Origin: Candidatus Peregrinibacteria bacterium
GTDB lineage: Bacteria > Patescibacteriota > Gracilibacteria > UBA1369 > 2-02-FULL-48-14
Direction of reading: 5' to 3'
Length of the DNA stretch: 40,000 bases
NCBI GenBank assembly: GCA_018658105.1
Contig: JABHVW010000006.1
Location: 54,244 to 94,243, forward strand
The notes beneath the pieces are model-generated. The model made no database searches and had not been told where the DNA came from. It saw only the letters and a program-made list of their open reading frames with translations. Below, piece after piece: positions 1 through 8,234 of this stretch. The first letter of the stretch is position 1. Each line of letters opens with the position of its first letter. The translations under genes and the position numbers were made by a program.

Positions 1-221
1 TTTATGAATTTGATCAATTCGCAAAAGGTACGCTGGCAATCGCACAGGCCGTTGCTGATTCTGATGCAATTTCTGTAGTTGGTGGCGGTGATAGCATTGA
101 TGCAATCAAGAATTTCAATATTCCTTTAGATGCTTTCACTCACGTCTCTACTGGCGGTGGTGCCATGCTCGAGTTCCTTGAGGGCAAGCCCTTGCCTGCC
201 TTGCAAGCTCTCATGAGCTAG
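1..221 (+). CDS. pgk: phosphoglycerate kinase, C-terminal fragment (5' end lies outside the window)
   Basis: The frame from nt 3 translates to [72 protein letters not shown], with TAG at 219-221. VVGGGDS ... STGGGA.LEFLEGK.LP is the conserved PGK C-terminus. It is absent from the ORF track because no start codon lies in the window. Confidence 0.85.
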   Translation, partial: YEFDQFAKGTLAIAQAVADSDAISVVGGGDSIDAIKNFNIPLDAFTHVSTGGGAMLEFLEGKPLPALQALMS

Positions 222-1550
222 ATTTTTGTCTGACTCCACATAGTTTGTTACTGCTTTTGATAGTGTTTCGTAAATGTTAGCTAATTGCTCTTTGCTTCTT
301 GTTAGCGTTGTGACTCTAAAGCCTAAATATGGGCTGAAAAAGCTGCTTGCAGGTACTATGCATATTCCAGTTGTTGCGAGTAGATAGTAAACAAATCGCT
401 TGTCTGCAGAGATTCCTGGTTCTGAAATTTTGGATTCTACAAATTCTCGAACTTTTTCATTTTCGATCTCTAAACTTTGATTATTTGTTAGCACGCCATC
501 TTTGAAAATTGGCATCATGTAGAATGCCCCTTTTGCCGGATTTACAGTTAGGTATGGATTTTCAGATAGGATTCTTGTTATTTCATTTATGTTGTATGAA
601 AGACCTTCAAGATATTCTTCAATCCATGCTTCGAATTCAGGATGTTCATAGATTTTTGGCAAGATTGCTTGAGGAAGGCTAACCGAACACACTTCCATTA
701 ACACGCGTTTTTTCACGCTTTCTGCGTATTTTTTAAAGTCTTCATCGAGGTGTGTGTTGTGAAACTCGAGCCAACCACATCTTGCACCTGGCCATGGCAC
801 ATCTTTTGAAAGGCCACGCATTACAATTATTGGTACGCGATTATGTGCGATTTCAGTGATCTGTGCGAATTCTGTTTCGCCATATATCATTCTGAAGTAA
901 ATCTCGTCTGAGATGAGCATACAGTCATATTTTTCTGCTAAATCGACCATGGCCTCGAGTGTTTCGCGACTATATACGGCCCCGGTTGGATTATTTGGAT
1001 TTATAATTAATATTCCAACTATATCTGGATTTTCTTGTAATTTATTTTCAAGGTCTTCAAGATCTGGCTGCCAATCGTTTTCGGGCTTTAAAATATAGCT
1101 TATCGATTCCTTCTCTGCTGCAAACGACTCCATTGAGGCGTGAGTTGGATATGAAGGGCTTGGTTGAATAATTCGTAGGCCTTTTGCAAGCATGTGGTAA
1201 GCGGCGGAAATTCCTGCGCCGAGCCCGCTTGTGATTAGAATATTGTCAAAATCTAGCTGACTACTAGGTGAAAATCTTTTTGAATAATCAACGATCCATT
1301 TTCTTGTGGCTGGGTTTCCTCGTGAGTGGGTGTAGCCAAAAACTGCATCACCTTCCCTATCTGTTTCTTCATTAATTAAGCTTTTTAAAAATTTTGGTAC
1401 TGGCCAACCTTTTGCTATTGGATCACCGATATTTTCAAATTCAATTTCTAAACTTGGATCTAACTTTTGAAGTTTTTCTACAAAATCCACAATTTCGCGA
1501 ATTTCATATTTCATTAAAGAGACCTTTGCGTTAAATGGATTCTGTCGCAT
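126..1550 (-). CDS. class I/II PLP-dependent aminotransferase (alanine-aminotransferase-like)
   Basis: 474-aa ORF. It shows [13 protein letters not shown] and the [16 protein letters not shown] block (PLP-lysine region) typical of AlaA/AspC-fold aminotransferases. The last ~32 codons run antisense to the pgk 3' end. Confidence 0.8.
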   Translation of the reverse strand: MRQNPFNAKVSLMKYEIREIVDFVEKLQKLDPSLEIEFENIGDPIAKGWPVPKFLKSLINEETDREGDAVFGYTHSRGNPATRKWIVDYSKRFSPSSQLDFDNILITSGLGAGISAAYHMLAKGLRIIQPSPSYPTHASMESFAAEKESISYILKPENDWQPDLEDLENKLQENPDIVGILIINPNNPTGAVYSRETLEAMVDLAEKYDCMLISDEIYFRMIYGETEFAQITEIAHNRVPIIVMRGLSKDVPWPGARCGWLEFHNTHLDEDFKKYAESVKKRVLMEVCSVSLPQAILPKIYEHPEFEAWIEEYLEGLSYNINEITRILSENPYLTVNPAKGAFYMMPIFKDGVLTNNQSLEIENEKVREFVESKISEPGISADKRFVYYLLATTGICIVPASSFFSPYLGFRVTTLTRSKEQLANIYETLSKAVTNYVESDKNLAHESLQGRQGLALKELEHGTTASRDVSESI

Positions 1551-1577
1551 ATTTTGGGGTTAAGATGCATCAACAAT

Positions 1578-1970
1578 TTAACACAAATAATGCACGAGTA
1601 AAATTTGTGCTACATCGCTATCTACTGTTTTTGACTGCATTTTTTTTAAGGCTTCTTGAGTAGTGAATCTTTCATCCATGCTATCTATTGGAAGATTGAA
1701 ATGTTCTGAAATTTTTCCTGAATATTCTTTTGCGATTCTTGTTTGTTCGCTTTCTGTACCTGATAGCGTTAAAGGCAAGCCTACTAAAATTCCAACTACT
1801 TTTTCGGATTCAATAATTACAGATAGAGATTCGATGAGAGACTCTAAGCTGTCGTGTTCAATTTCGTCACGTGGAAAAGCAACTCTTTGGCTTGGATCGC
1901 TTAATGCTACACCCGTTCGTTTGGTGCCTAAATCTAGAGATAAAATTTTTCCTTTATTCGGTAGCGACAT
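1578..1970 (-). CDS. ruvX: YqgF/RuvX-family putative Holliday junction resolvase / pre-16S rRNA nuclease
   Basis: 130 aa. The N-terminal ILSLDLGTKRTGVALSD motif is diagnostic of YqgF. Its start overlaps the rplI stop by 17 nt. Confidence 0.85.
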   Translation of the reverse strand: MSLPNKGKILSLDLGTKRTGVALSDPSQRVAFPRDEIEHDSLESLIESLSVIIESEKVVGILVGLPLTLSGTESEQTRIAKEYSGKISEHFNLPIDSMDERFTTQEALKKMQSKTVDSDVAQILLVHYLC

Positions 1971-2400
1971 GCAAATTGAATTGAGCTTTTACTTCTGAAT
2001 GTAGTTTAACATCTATATCGAAATCTCCAGGCTCCTTTATTGCTGACTTCATAATAAGTGCTTTTTCTGGGATGTCAGCTTTGAGCTGTTCTTTTAATGC
2101 AGTTACAATCTCGCTTTTACTCACAGCTGCGTAAAGGTGACCTGCTTCTGTTGCTTTGCCTGTAATTGCAATACTCTTGCCGTTAATCTTTGATTTGATT
2201 GATTCTGCACTTTCTTTCATTGCTTCGAGCTTTTCTGTAGCTTTTGCTTTTTGTGCAGCGATTTGAGCTACATTCCCGCTTGATGCAATAGATGCAAGTT
2301 TTCTGGGTGCAAGCATATTTCTGAAGTAACCATCGTTCACTTCTTTCACTTCACCTTTCTGCCCTAAGCCCTTTACGTTTTGTGTGAGAATTACTTTCAT
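1954..2400 (-). CDS. rplI: 50S ribosomal protein L9
   Basis: 148 aa. MKVILTQNVKGLGQKGEVKEVNDGYFRNMLAPRKLA is the canonical L9 N-domain. Confidence 0.9.
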   Translation of the reverse strand: MKVILTQNVKGLGQKGEVKEVNDGYFRNMLAPRKLASIASSGNVAQIAAQKAKATEKLEAMKESAESIKSKINGKSIAITGKATEAGHLYAAVSKSEIVTALKEQLKADIPEKALIMKSAIKEPGDFDIDVKLHSEVKAQFNLHVATE

Positions 2401-2406
2401 AAGTGT

Positions 2407-4056
2407 TTAGTTAAATGTCCACGCCTCTATGTTAGAAAAACGATCCAAAGGAAGCAAGATGTTTTCTATTTCTACTCCTGTCAATTTTGTATCAACAAGG
2501 TAGTAGTAACTTGGCGTGTATAAGAATATAGCAGGTATATCTGAGCTGATAATCTCGGCTAGATTTGTAAGTAGATCGCTTCTTTCTTCTGCGTCAAAGC
2601 TTTCACGAATACTTTCAATATTAAAATCTGCTTTTGGATTTTGGTAATTTGATAGGTTTAAGCCAATTTCTGTCGCCTGGCTTGAATGCCAATATGAGAA
2701 AATGTCTAGGTTGTAACCAAGGCTTTGGCCGTAAAGAAGCATGTCATAATCACGCTCAAGTAGTGCAGTTTGTAATTCTTCGAGTTCGTAAACAGCAATA
2801 ACAACTTCTACGCCAACTTCTTTTAATTGATTTTGAATCGTTCGAGCAGTTAAATCTGCTGTGATCTCTTGAGGTTCACTAGTGTTTGAGAAATCTCTTC
2901 TGACTAATTTTAAAGTTAATGTTTCGCCATCACTATTTTTTCTGAATTCGTCATCTTCATCAAGGGGCCAGCCTGCGTCAAATAGTGCGCCACTTGCTTC
3001 ATCTGGGTCTGGAGTGTGAATCCATTCCTCCTGTTCTAGCTCTAAAAGAGGTGTGTCAATTTGAACCTTGTAATCGATTGCTGTTAAAATATCGTCTTTA
3101 TTGATTGCCTTAGATATTCCAAGCCTTGTTTTGTTTTTGCTCATTTTTTCTGAGTCAGTATTGAAAAACAATGCGGTATATTGTGGCAGTTCGTATTGGT
3201 GTGTAACTAAATCTTCTAGATCGATTTCGCTCAATAGAAAATTTGGGATTCTAGCTGCACTATTCCATGTAGATCTGTTTGCAATTAGATCTGTTATTGA
3301 TGGATATGCAATGAATTTTATTTTTTCAACATTTGGCAGCGCAGCGTAATACTCGTCGAAGAGTTCGAGATTTACACTTGTAACACTGTCAGGAAGGATT
3401 TCGTAAGACTCGCTAACCCTATATGGGCCACTTCCAATTGGGAGCTTGTTAAATGCGTCAATATCAAGCTCGGCCACTGGGACTTCAGCAAGAATGTGAC
3501 TAGGTAAAATTCCTACAGTTAATGCACTGAAGAAAAAGGAGTTTTTAGAATTCAATGTAAATGTAAGCGTTCTTGAGTCTATTTGCTCAATTTTTACTCC
3601 ATCAAAATTTGCTTTCAAAATTGGATTACCGAAATCTGGAGCCTGAATTACTTCTACGAAAGTAAAGTATATGTCGTCTGCAGTCATTTCAGTTCCATCG
3701 TGCCAAAGTACATCATTTTTTAAAGTGAAAGTGTAAGTGAGTTGGTCTTCACTCAGAGTGTGAGTTGCAAGATCTTCTTCGAATACACCTGTTGCGCCAT
3801 TATATCTGGCTAAACCTGAAAAAATTAAGCTTGAAATGTCACGATCGGCCTCGCTGAATTCGGTAAATACTGGGTTTAAGTGCTTTATTTCGCCGACTAA
3901 GCCTTCGGTATAAACCTTTGCTTGAGATAGGCCACCTCCACCACCAGGAGATGTAAAAATTTGTTTACCACTAATCAATAAAATAAGCAGTAATATAAAG
4001 GCGACCGCTTTTTCCCTTCTTGTGAAGGATTTGAGCGTTCGCATGAATATACTCAT
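2407..4056 (-). CDS. ABC-transporter solute-binding protein, family 5 (peptide/nickel type), N-terminal membrane anchor
   Basis: 549 aa. It has an N-terminal hydrophobic helix (AVAFILLLILLISG) and an SBP_bac_5-like block (TFTLKNDVLWHDGTEMTADDIYFTF). No permease or ATPase partner lies in the window. The ATG directly abuts the secG stop. Confidence 0.75.
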   Translation of the reverse strand: MSIFMRTLKSFTRREKAVAFILLLILLISGKQIFTSPGGGGGLSQAKVYTEGLVGEIKHLNPVFTEFSEADRDISSLIFSGLARYNGATGVFEEDLATHTLSEDQLTYTFTLKNDVLWHDGTEMTADDIYFTFVEVIQAPDFGNPILKANFDGVKIEQIDSRTLTFTLNSKNSFFFSALTVGILPSHILAEVPVAELDIDAFNKLPIGSGPYRVSESYEILPDSVTSVNLELFDEYYAALPNVEKIKFIAYPSITDLIANRSTWNSAARIPNFLLSEIDLEDLVTHQYELPQYTALFFNTDSEKMSKNKTRLGISKAINKDDILTAIDYKVQIDTPLLELEQEEWIHTPDPDEASGALFDAGWPLDEDDEFRKNSDGETLTLKLVRRDFSNTSEPQEITADLTARTIQNQLKEVGVEVVIAVYELEELQTALLERDYDMLLYGQSLGYNLDIFSYWHSSQATEIGLNLSNYQNPKADFNIESIRESFDAEERSDLLTNLAEIISSDIPAIFLYTPSYYYLVDTKLTGVEIENILLPLDRFSNIEAWTFN

Positions 4057-4281
4057 TTAGATAAAGTTAAGAATCAAAGATAAGCCAAGAAAAATAGTTA
4101 CTAGAACTACTGTTAGTTGACCTAATACTTTTTCTGCACCTCTTTTACTTGTTTGGAAGCTAGAAGCTCCAGATGAGCCTGCAACTCCTTCGCCTAAGCC
4201 AGCACCTTTCTCTTGAATGAGAATTGTGACAACTAAAAGTATAGCTACGATGACTTGACCTATTAGTATTGCTGTTTGCAT
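4057..4281 (-). CDS. secG: preprotein translocase subunit SecG
   Basis: 74 aa with two TM helices. LLVVTILIQEKGAGLG is the SecG signature region. Confidence 0.8.
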   Translation of the reverse strand: MQTAILIGQVIVAILLVVTILIQEKGAGLGEGVAGSSGASSFQTSKRGAEKVLGQLTVVLVTIFLGLSLILNFI

Positions 4282-4282
4282 A

Positions 4283-4645
4283 TTATTCTTTTAAGAACCA
4301 ATGAATTAACCAGTTTGCGACACCAAAGATAAGGGCAGCAAGCACATAGGTCAATAGATTATCAACATTCATGGCTACACCTTCGATGTCCATAACGAAG
4401 ATAATATAGTTCGCTAAATATAGTATAAAGGCATTGATTATGATGATAAAAAAGCCTGCACTGATGAAAACCAAAGGAAAGGATAGGAATTTTAAGATTG
4501 GCTTTACGAAAAAGTTCAATAAAGCAATTATTCCGCCTGCAATTACAGGGGCTGTAATTCCGCCTTCAAACTGAACACCTTCAAGCAAAATACTTACAAG
4601 AAAGAGTGCAAATGCGTTCGTGACAATTAGATATAAAAATCTCAT
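4283..4645 (-). CDS. DUF360 / phage-holin-4_2-family small membrane protein
   Basis: 120 aa with 4 predicted TM helices. The sequence pattern (FLV..LL.G....GG......G.I.ALLN..VKPILK.LS.P) matches my memory of the PF04020 family. It is embedded in a housekeeping operon, with no phage context. Confidence 0.65.
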   Translation of the reverse strand: MRFLYLIVTNAFALFLVSILLEGVQFEGGITAPVIAGGIIALLNFFVKPILKFLSFPLVFISAGFFIIIINAFILYLANYIIFVMDIEGVAMNVDNLLTYVLAALIFGVANWLIHWFLKE

Positions 4646-4658
4646 ATGTGGAGTTGAC

Positions 4659-7600
4659 TTAAATTTTCTTCACTGACAGTTTAACCTGAAACCCTTCAAT
4701 TTCGAAATCTTTTTGCAAATCACCTTCGAAATCGCCGCTGAGCTGCAATTCATCGGCAAGAGTTTCTGCCTTAATAGTGTCTGCAAAATTATTGATTGCT
4801 TCTTCGAGATCGCCGTTAGCTTCTGCAAAAATTTGGATTCTGTCGTTCACCTCATAGGCTGCTTCTTTTCGCATTTCTTGTAATTGTCTAACAATTTCCC
4901 TCATTAGCCCTTCTTTAAAGAGTTCGTCGCTAATGTTTGTATCGAGTGAAACGACAATTCCATCTTGAGTTTCAATGTCTGCGTCGCCTTTTGCCTTGTA
5001 AGCTAGCTCCACTTCACCTGCTTCGAGTAAAAAGTCTCCAAGTTTAACTTGGCCTGAATCTAAAACTTCAAAATTGCCGGCTTTTGCCTCTTTAATAATA
5101 TTTTGTACATCTTTACCATATTTTGGCCCTAGCATTTTTGCCTTAGGCATAACTGCAAATTCAGCGATGTCGCCGGCCTCTTTCAAAATTTCTAATTCTT
5201 TCACATTCAACTCCTCAAGAATTACTTCTTTTTGCAGTAAAATTACTTCTGGGCTAATTGATTGAGGTAAGCCAATTGTTACTTTTGCTAGCGGCTGCCT
5301 TACGCGAATTTTTTTCTTGCCACGAGTTGCATGTCCTAAATTCACAATAGTTCTAGCTAATTCAACTTCTTGATTCAGCTCCTCGCTGATTAAGTCTTTT
5401 TGCACTTCTGGCCAATCTGCTAAATGTACTGAATCTTCTTTCGTTAGATTTGTGTAAATTTCATCTGCCAAAAATGGCATAAATGGGGCGAGTAGTTTGG
5501 ATAGAGTGGTTAAAACTGTGTAAAGAGTTTGATATGCCTCCATTTTGTCACCGTCGTTTTCTGATTTCCAGAATCTTCGACGGCTTCGACGAATGTACCA
5601 ATTTGATAGTTCATCGACAAAACTAACGATAGGCCTTGTGGCTTTTGTGAGATTGTACTCGTCCATATTTTCTGTAACCTCTGCAACTAATGCATTTAAA
5701 CGAGAGAGTATCCATTGATCCAACTTATGTTGAGGTTTTTTAGGATTTTCTTCGGCTTCAAATTTATCGATATTCGCATAAGTCACAAAAAAGCTATAAG
5801 TATTCCAGAGAGTTAATGTGAATTTCTTTAAGAGATCATCGACGTGCTGCTCTGAAAATCTTGTATCTTCAGCGAGCGGTGTTGTTGAGTTGTATAAAAA
5901 CATACGAACTGTATCTACGCCTTTTTCTTCGAATAGTTTTGATGGGTCTGGATAATTCTGCTTTCGCTTTGATAGCTTTTCACCATCTGCAGCGAGTAAA
6001 ATTCCGTTTACAATCACATTGTTGAATGCAGGTTTGTCGAAGAGAATTGTAGCGAGCACATGAAGAGTGTAAAACCAGCCACGTGTTTGATCGACTCCCT
6101 CTGCAATGAAATTTGCAGGGAAGTTTTGTTCAAATTCTTCTTTGTTTTCAAATGGATAGTGAAGTTGTGCATAAGGCATTGCGCCAGACTCGAACCAACA
6201 GTCCATTACCTCTGAGATTCTGCTCATTTCTTTATTACATTTTTTGCAAGGTATTTTAATTTCATCTATATAAGGTTTGTGCAGATCTAATTCCCCATCT
6301 CTTGTTGGTACTTTGCCTGCTCTTTCTTTCAGCTCTTCAACGGAGCCAATACATTCGAACTCCTCACAGTCTTCACAGCGCCAAACTGGAATTGGACAAC
6401 CCCAAAAGCGATTTCTTGAAATATTCCAATCTCTTACATTTTCGAGCCATCGCCCAAAACGCCCTTCTTTAATATGGTCTGGTTGCCAATGAATTTTTTT
6501 ATTATTTTCGATTAATTTGTCTTTTACATCTGTTACACGAATAAACCATGCCTTGGTTGCGTAGTTTAAAAGTGGAGTATCGCAACGCCAACAATGTGGG
6601 TAGCTGTGCCTGTAATTTTCTTTTTTGAATAATTTTCCACGTTCCTCGAGATATTTTGCGACATTTTGGTCTTGGCCTTTTACGAACTTGCCTGAGAATT
6701 CTGGAATGTCATCGTTGAAGTGACCGTCCATTCCAACATTTAATATAATTGGAAGGCCGTGCTTGTTTGCTGATTCCATGTCTACATCACCGTAGGCACC
6801 GTTAATTGTAACGATCCCCGTTCCATCTTCATCGCTAACGTAGTCTGCTTCGCAAACTGTAAATGCCTTTTCGGAGGCCTTCACTTCTTCGTGATCGTCA
6901 TATGCGTCGTAAACATGTTTGTAACTTTTGCCGAGGATTTTGTCACCTTTAAATTCTTCAATAACTTTGTAGTCACGTTCGCCAAATATTACTTCAACTC
7001 GATTTTTTGCAACTATGTATTGGCCGTCTTCAGCAAGAACTTTTACATATTCTATTTCGCTACTTGCTGCGAGACCCATTGTTGTCATTGTACTCCAAGG
7101 AGTTGTAGTCCAGGCTAAGAAGAAAGTGCCGGGCTCATCTGTTAATTCGAACTTTAAAATGACTGAGAGGTCTGTAACGTCTTTGTAGCCTTGAGAAACT
7201 TCGAAATTTGAAAGTGGAGTTACACAACGTGGGCAGACATGCATAGACTTGTGCCCTTCGTAAACCATATCTTTTTTCCAAATTTCTTTGAAAACCCACC
7301 AGATTGATTCCATGTAATCTGAATTGAGTGTTGCATATCCATTTTCTATATCAACCCAGCGGCCCATTCTTTCGATGAGACCTTCCCATTGAGATGTGTA
7401 TGTAAATACACTTTCTCGGCATTTCGCATTGAAATTTTCTACGCCCATAGCTTCGATGTCTTTGCGACCATTCATTTCGAGTCGTTTTTCTAATTCGTAT
7501 TCAACTGGGAGTCCGTGGCAGTCCCATCCGTTAACGCGAGGCACGTAGTATCCGCGCATTACCGAATAACGAACCACAGCATCTTTCAGGGCTTGAGCTA

Positions 7601-7778
7601 AGATGTGGCCGTAGTGAGGTAAACCATTTGCAAAAGGTGGGCCGTCGAAAAATACAAACTTCTCTTTGCCTTTTCTGTTTTCAACTGATCTTTCGAAGAT
7701 TTTATTCTCACGCCAAGATTCCATGAATTTGTGTTCCACTTTTGGTAGATTTGCTCTGGAGTCAACTGGTTCAAACAT
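4659..7778 (-). CDS. ileS: isoleucyl-tRNA synthetase (long, type-2-like form)
   Basis: 1039 aa. It has HIGH-type PPFANGLPHYGHIL, KMSKS-type KLSKRK, the CP1 editing region and C-terminal zinc-type CxxC pairs. The N-terminus MFEPVDSRANLPKVEHKFMESW is typical of IleRS. Confidence 0.95.
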   Translation of the reverse strand: MFEPVDSRANLPKVEHKFMESWRENKIFERSVENRKGKEKFVFFDGPPFANGLPHYGHILAQALKDAVVRYSVMRGYYVPRVNGWDCHGLPVEYELEKRLEMNGRKDIEAMGVENFNAKCRESVFTYTSQWEGLIERMGRWVDIENGYATLNSDYMESIWWVFKEIWKKDMVYEGHKSMHVCPRCVTPLSNFEVSQGYKDVTDLSVILKFELTDEPGTFFLAWTTTPWSTMTTMGLAASSEIEYVKVLAEDGQYIVAKNRVEVIFGERDYKVIEEFKGDKILGKSYKHVYDAYDDHEEVKASEKAFTVCEADYVSDEDGTGIVTINGAYGDVDMESANKHGLPIILNVGMDGHFNDDIPEFSGKFVKGQDQNVAKYLEERGKLFKKENYRHSYPHCWRCDTPLLNYATKAWFIRVTDVKDKLIENNKKIHWQPDHIKEGRFGRWLENVRDWNISRNRFWGCPIPVWRCEDCEEFECIGSVEELKERAGKVPTRDGELDLHKPYIDEIKIPCKKCNKEMSRISEVMDCWFESGAMPYAQLHYPFENKEEFEQNFPANFIAEGVDQTRGWFYTLHVLATILFDKPAFNNVIVNGILLAADGEKLSKRKQNYPDPSKLFEEKGVDTVRMFLYNSTTPLAEDTRFSEQHVDDLLKKFTLTLWNTYSFFVTYANIDKFEAEENPKKPQHKLDQWILSRLNALVAEVTENMDEYNLTKATRPIVSFVDELSNWYIRRSRRRFWKSENDGDKMEAYQTLYTVLTTLSKLLAPFMPFLADEIYTNLTKEDSVHLADWPEVQKDLISEELNQEVELARTIVNLGHATRGKKKIRVRQPLAKVTIGLPQSISPEVILLQKEVILEELNVKELEILKEAGDIAEFAVMPKAKMLGPKYGKDVQNIIKEAKAGNFEVLDSGQVKLGDFLLEAGEVELAYKAKGDADIETQDGIVVSLDTNISDELFKEGLMREIVRQLQEMRKEAAYEVNDRIQIFAEANGDLEEAINNFADTIKAETLADELQLSGDFEGDLQKDFEIEGFQVKLSVKKI

Positions 7779-7787
7779 AATGTGCTG

Positions 7788-7816
7788 ATTTTACTGTAGT
7801 GTAGCGACTTGTTCAA
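7788..7816 (-). promoter_or_regulatory. sigma70-type promoter of ileS (TTGAAC-17-TAAAAT), with the -10 box 9 nt from the ATG
   Basis: On the minus strand: TTGAAC (7816-7811), a 17-nt spacer, TAAAAT (7793-7788), then CAGCACATT and ATG (7778). The geometry implies a 5' UTR of about 0-3 nt. Confidence 0.55.
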
Positions 7817-7825
7817 TGGGAATTG

Positions 7826-7920
7826 CCTTTATTTCTTCACCCTCTCTTCGTCGAAGCGGCGGCCCCGGGAGCGCTCTGCTTCCCGCCCCGACTTCCTCAT
7901 CTAGCATGAAGAAACAAAGG
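7826..7920 (-). ncRNA. 95-nt imperfect hairpin with GC-rich apex; unassigned structured RNA or inverted-repeat element
   Basis: On the minus strand, CCUUUGUUUCUUCAU (7920-7906) pairs over about 15 bp with GUGAAGAAAUAAAGG (7840-7826). The interior is strongly GC-rich (GUCGGGGCGGGAAGCAGAGCGCUCCCGGGGCCGCCGC) against an AT-rich background. It lies just upstream of the ileS -35 box, so it is not inside the ileS leader. Confidence 0.35.
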
Positions 7921-7983
7921 AAAGTGATTAAACAAGCTGAAATTGGCTGTAAAATCAGCAGGAATTTATAAAATTATCATAAC

Positions 7984-8010
7984 AAAAAAACACACCGTCG
8001 TGTGTTTTTC
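7984..8010 (-). terminator. intrinsic terminator (ACACAC-GACG-GUGUGU followed by U7); A-tract on the other side, so possibly bidirectional
   Basis: The minus strand reads GAAAAACACACGACGGUGUGUUUUUUUG. This is a perfect 6-bp GC/AU stem extendable by A:U pairs, with a 4-nt loop and a run of 7 U. Confidence 0.55.
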
Positions 8011-8228
8011 CTGTAGAAGGCTAAGGAGGTTGGCTGCTATCCGTTTAAATATTAACTTCTTAATATATAAGCTTCAAGCACTTCCTGTAGTCCTAGGTTT
8101 TTCAATTGGCCTACGCTCTGGGGTTTTCACCCGTTGATGGAGCTGCTTCCTCTTTTAGGAGGTAGATTTTCCCGATCTTTGTGTGGAATCCATTCCTGTT
8201 GCAACAAAAATGTTTCTATAAATAGCGT
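7984..8228 (-). ncRNA. candidate ~245-nt sRNA (family unknown)
   Basis: It lies between a promoter-like TTGAAA-17-TATACA (8263-8235) and the terminator at 8010-7984, and has no credible ORF. It carries three ACAGGAA repeats, 8 GGA triplets, two ACCUCCU motifs and a GGGU-GAAA-ACCC hairpin (8132-8121). It could alternatively be a long 3' UTR of the upstream gene. Confidence 0.3.
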
Positions 8229-8234
8229 GGTTTA

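Noticed and set aside
4283-4645. Prophage or lysis cassette, suggested by the 'phage holin 4' family membrane protein
   Set aside because: The gene is sandwiched between ileS and secG with 1-13 nt spacers, and no endolysin, terminase, capsid or integrase gene is in the window. DUF360 proteins are widespread chromosomal membrane proteins.
7779-7925. T-box riboswitch or other leader controlling ileS, suggested by a GAUGAGGAAG K-turn-like string and the GAGGGUGAAG T-box-like string
   Set aside because: The T-box core UGGN that pairs with the tRNA NCCA end is absent (GGGUGAAG, not GGGUGGNACC). No terminator/antiterminator alternative can be drawn. The ileS promoter (7816-7788) also lies downstream of the structure.
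7943-8137. 64-aa plus-strand ORF in the non-coding gap, and AGGAGG strings at 8022-8029 and 8156-8163 that look like ribosome-binding sites
   Set aside because: The ORF has an implausible Arg/Leu/Ile-rich composition and crosses the terminator hairpin. Neither AGGAGG is followed by a start codon at workable spacing. The strings are better read as ACCUCCU on the minus-strand RNA.
7880-8160. RNase P RNA, suggested by GAGGAAGUCGGGGC (7899-7886) and GAGGAAGCAGCUCC (8153-8140) resembling the P4 motif GAGGAAAGUCCGGGC. GGGUGAAA and GAGCGUAGGCCAAUU also resemble conserved RNase P strings.
   Set aside because: The first site leaves only about 110 nt before the ileS ATG. The second would compress the whole specificity domain into about 50 nt. 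The invariant AGUCC is missing at both sites, and I could not build P1-P4 pairings. It should still be tested with cmsearch RF00010.
7826-8165. SRP (4.5S) RNA, suggested by GGAAGCAGC (8150-8142) and GGGAAGCAGAGC (7883-7872), and by the 95-nt end-paired hairpin
   Set aside because: Neither site fits the helix-8 pattern of AGG, a 3-bp stem, a GNRA tetraloop, a 3-bp stem and AGCA. At 8165-8140 the loop is 7 nt and ACC replaces AGG. At 7900-7870 the nucleotides flanking the candidate tetraloop cannot pair. I have left it unassigned rather than calling it ffs; cmsearch RF00169 would settle it.
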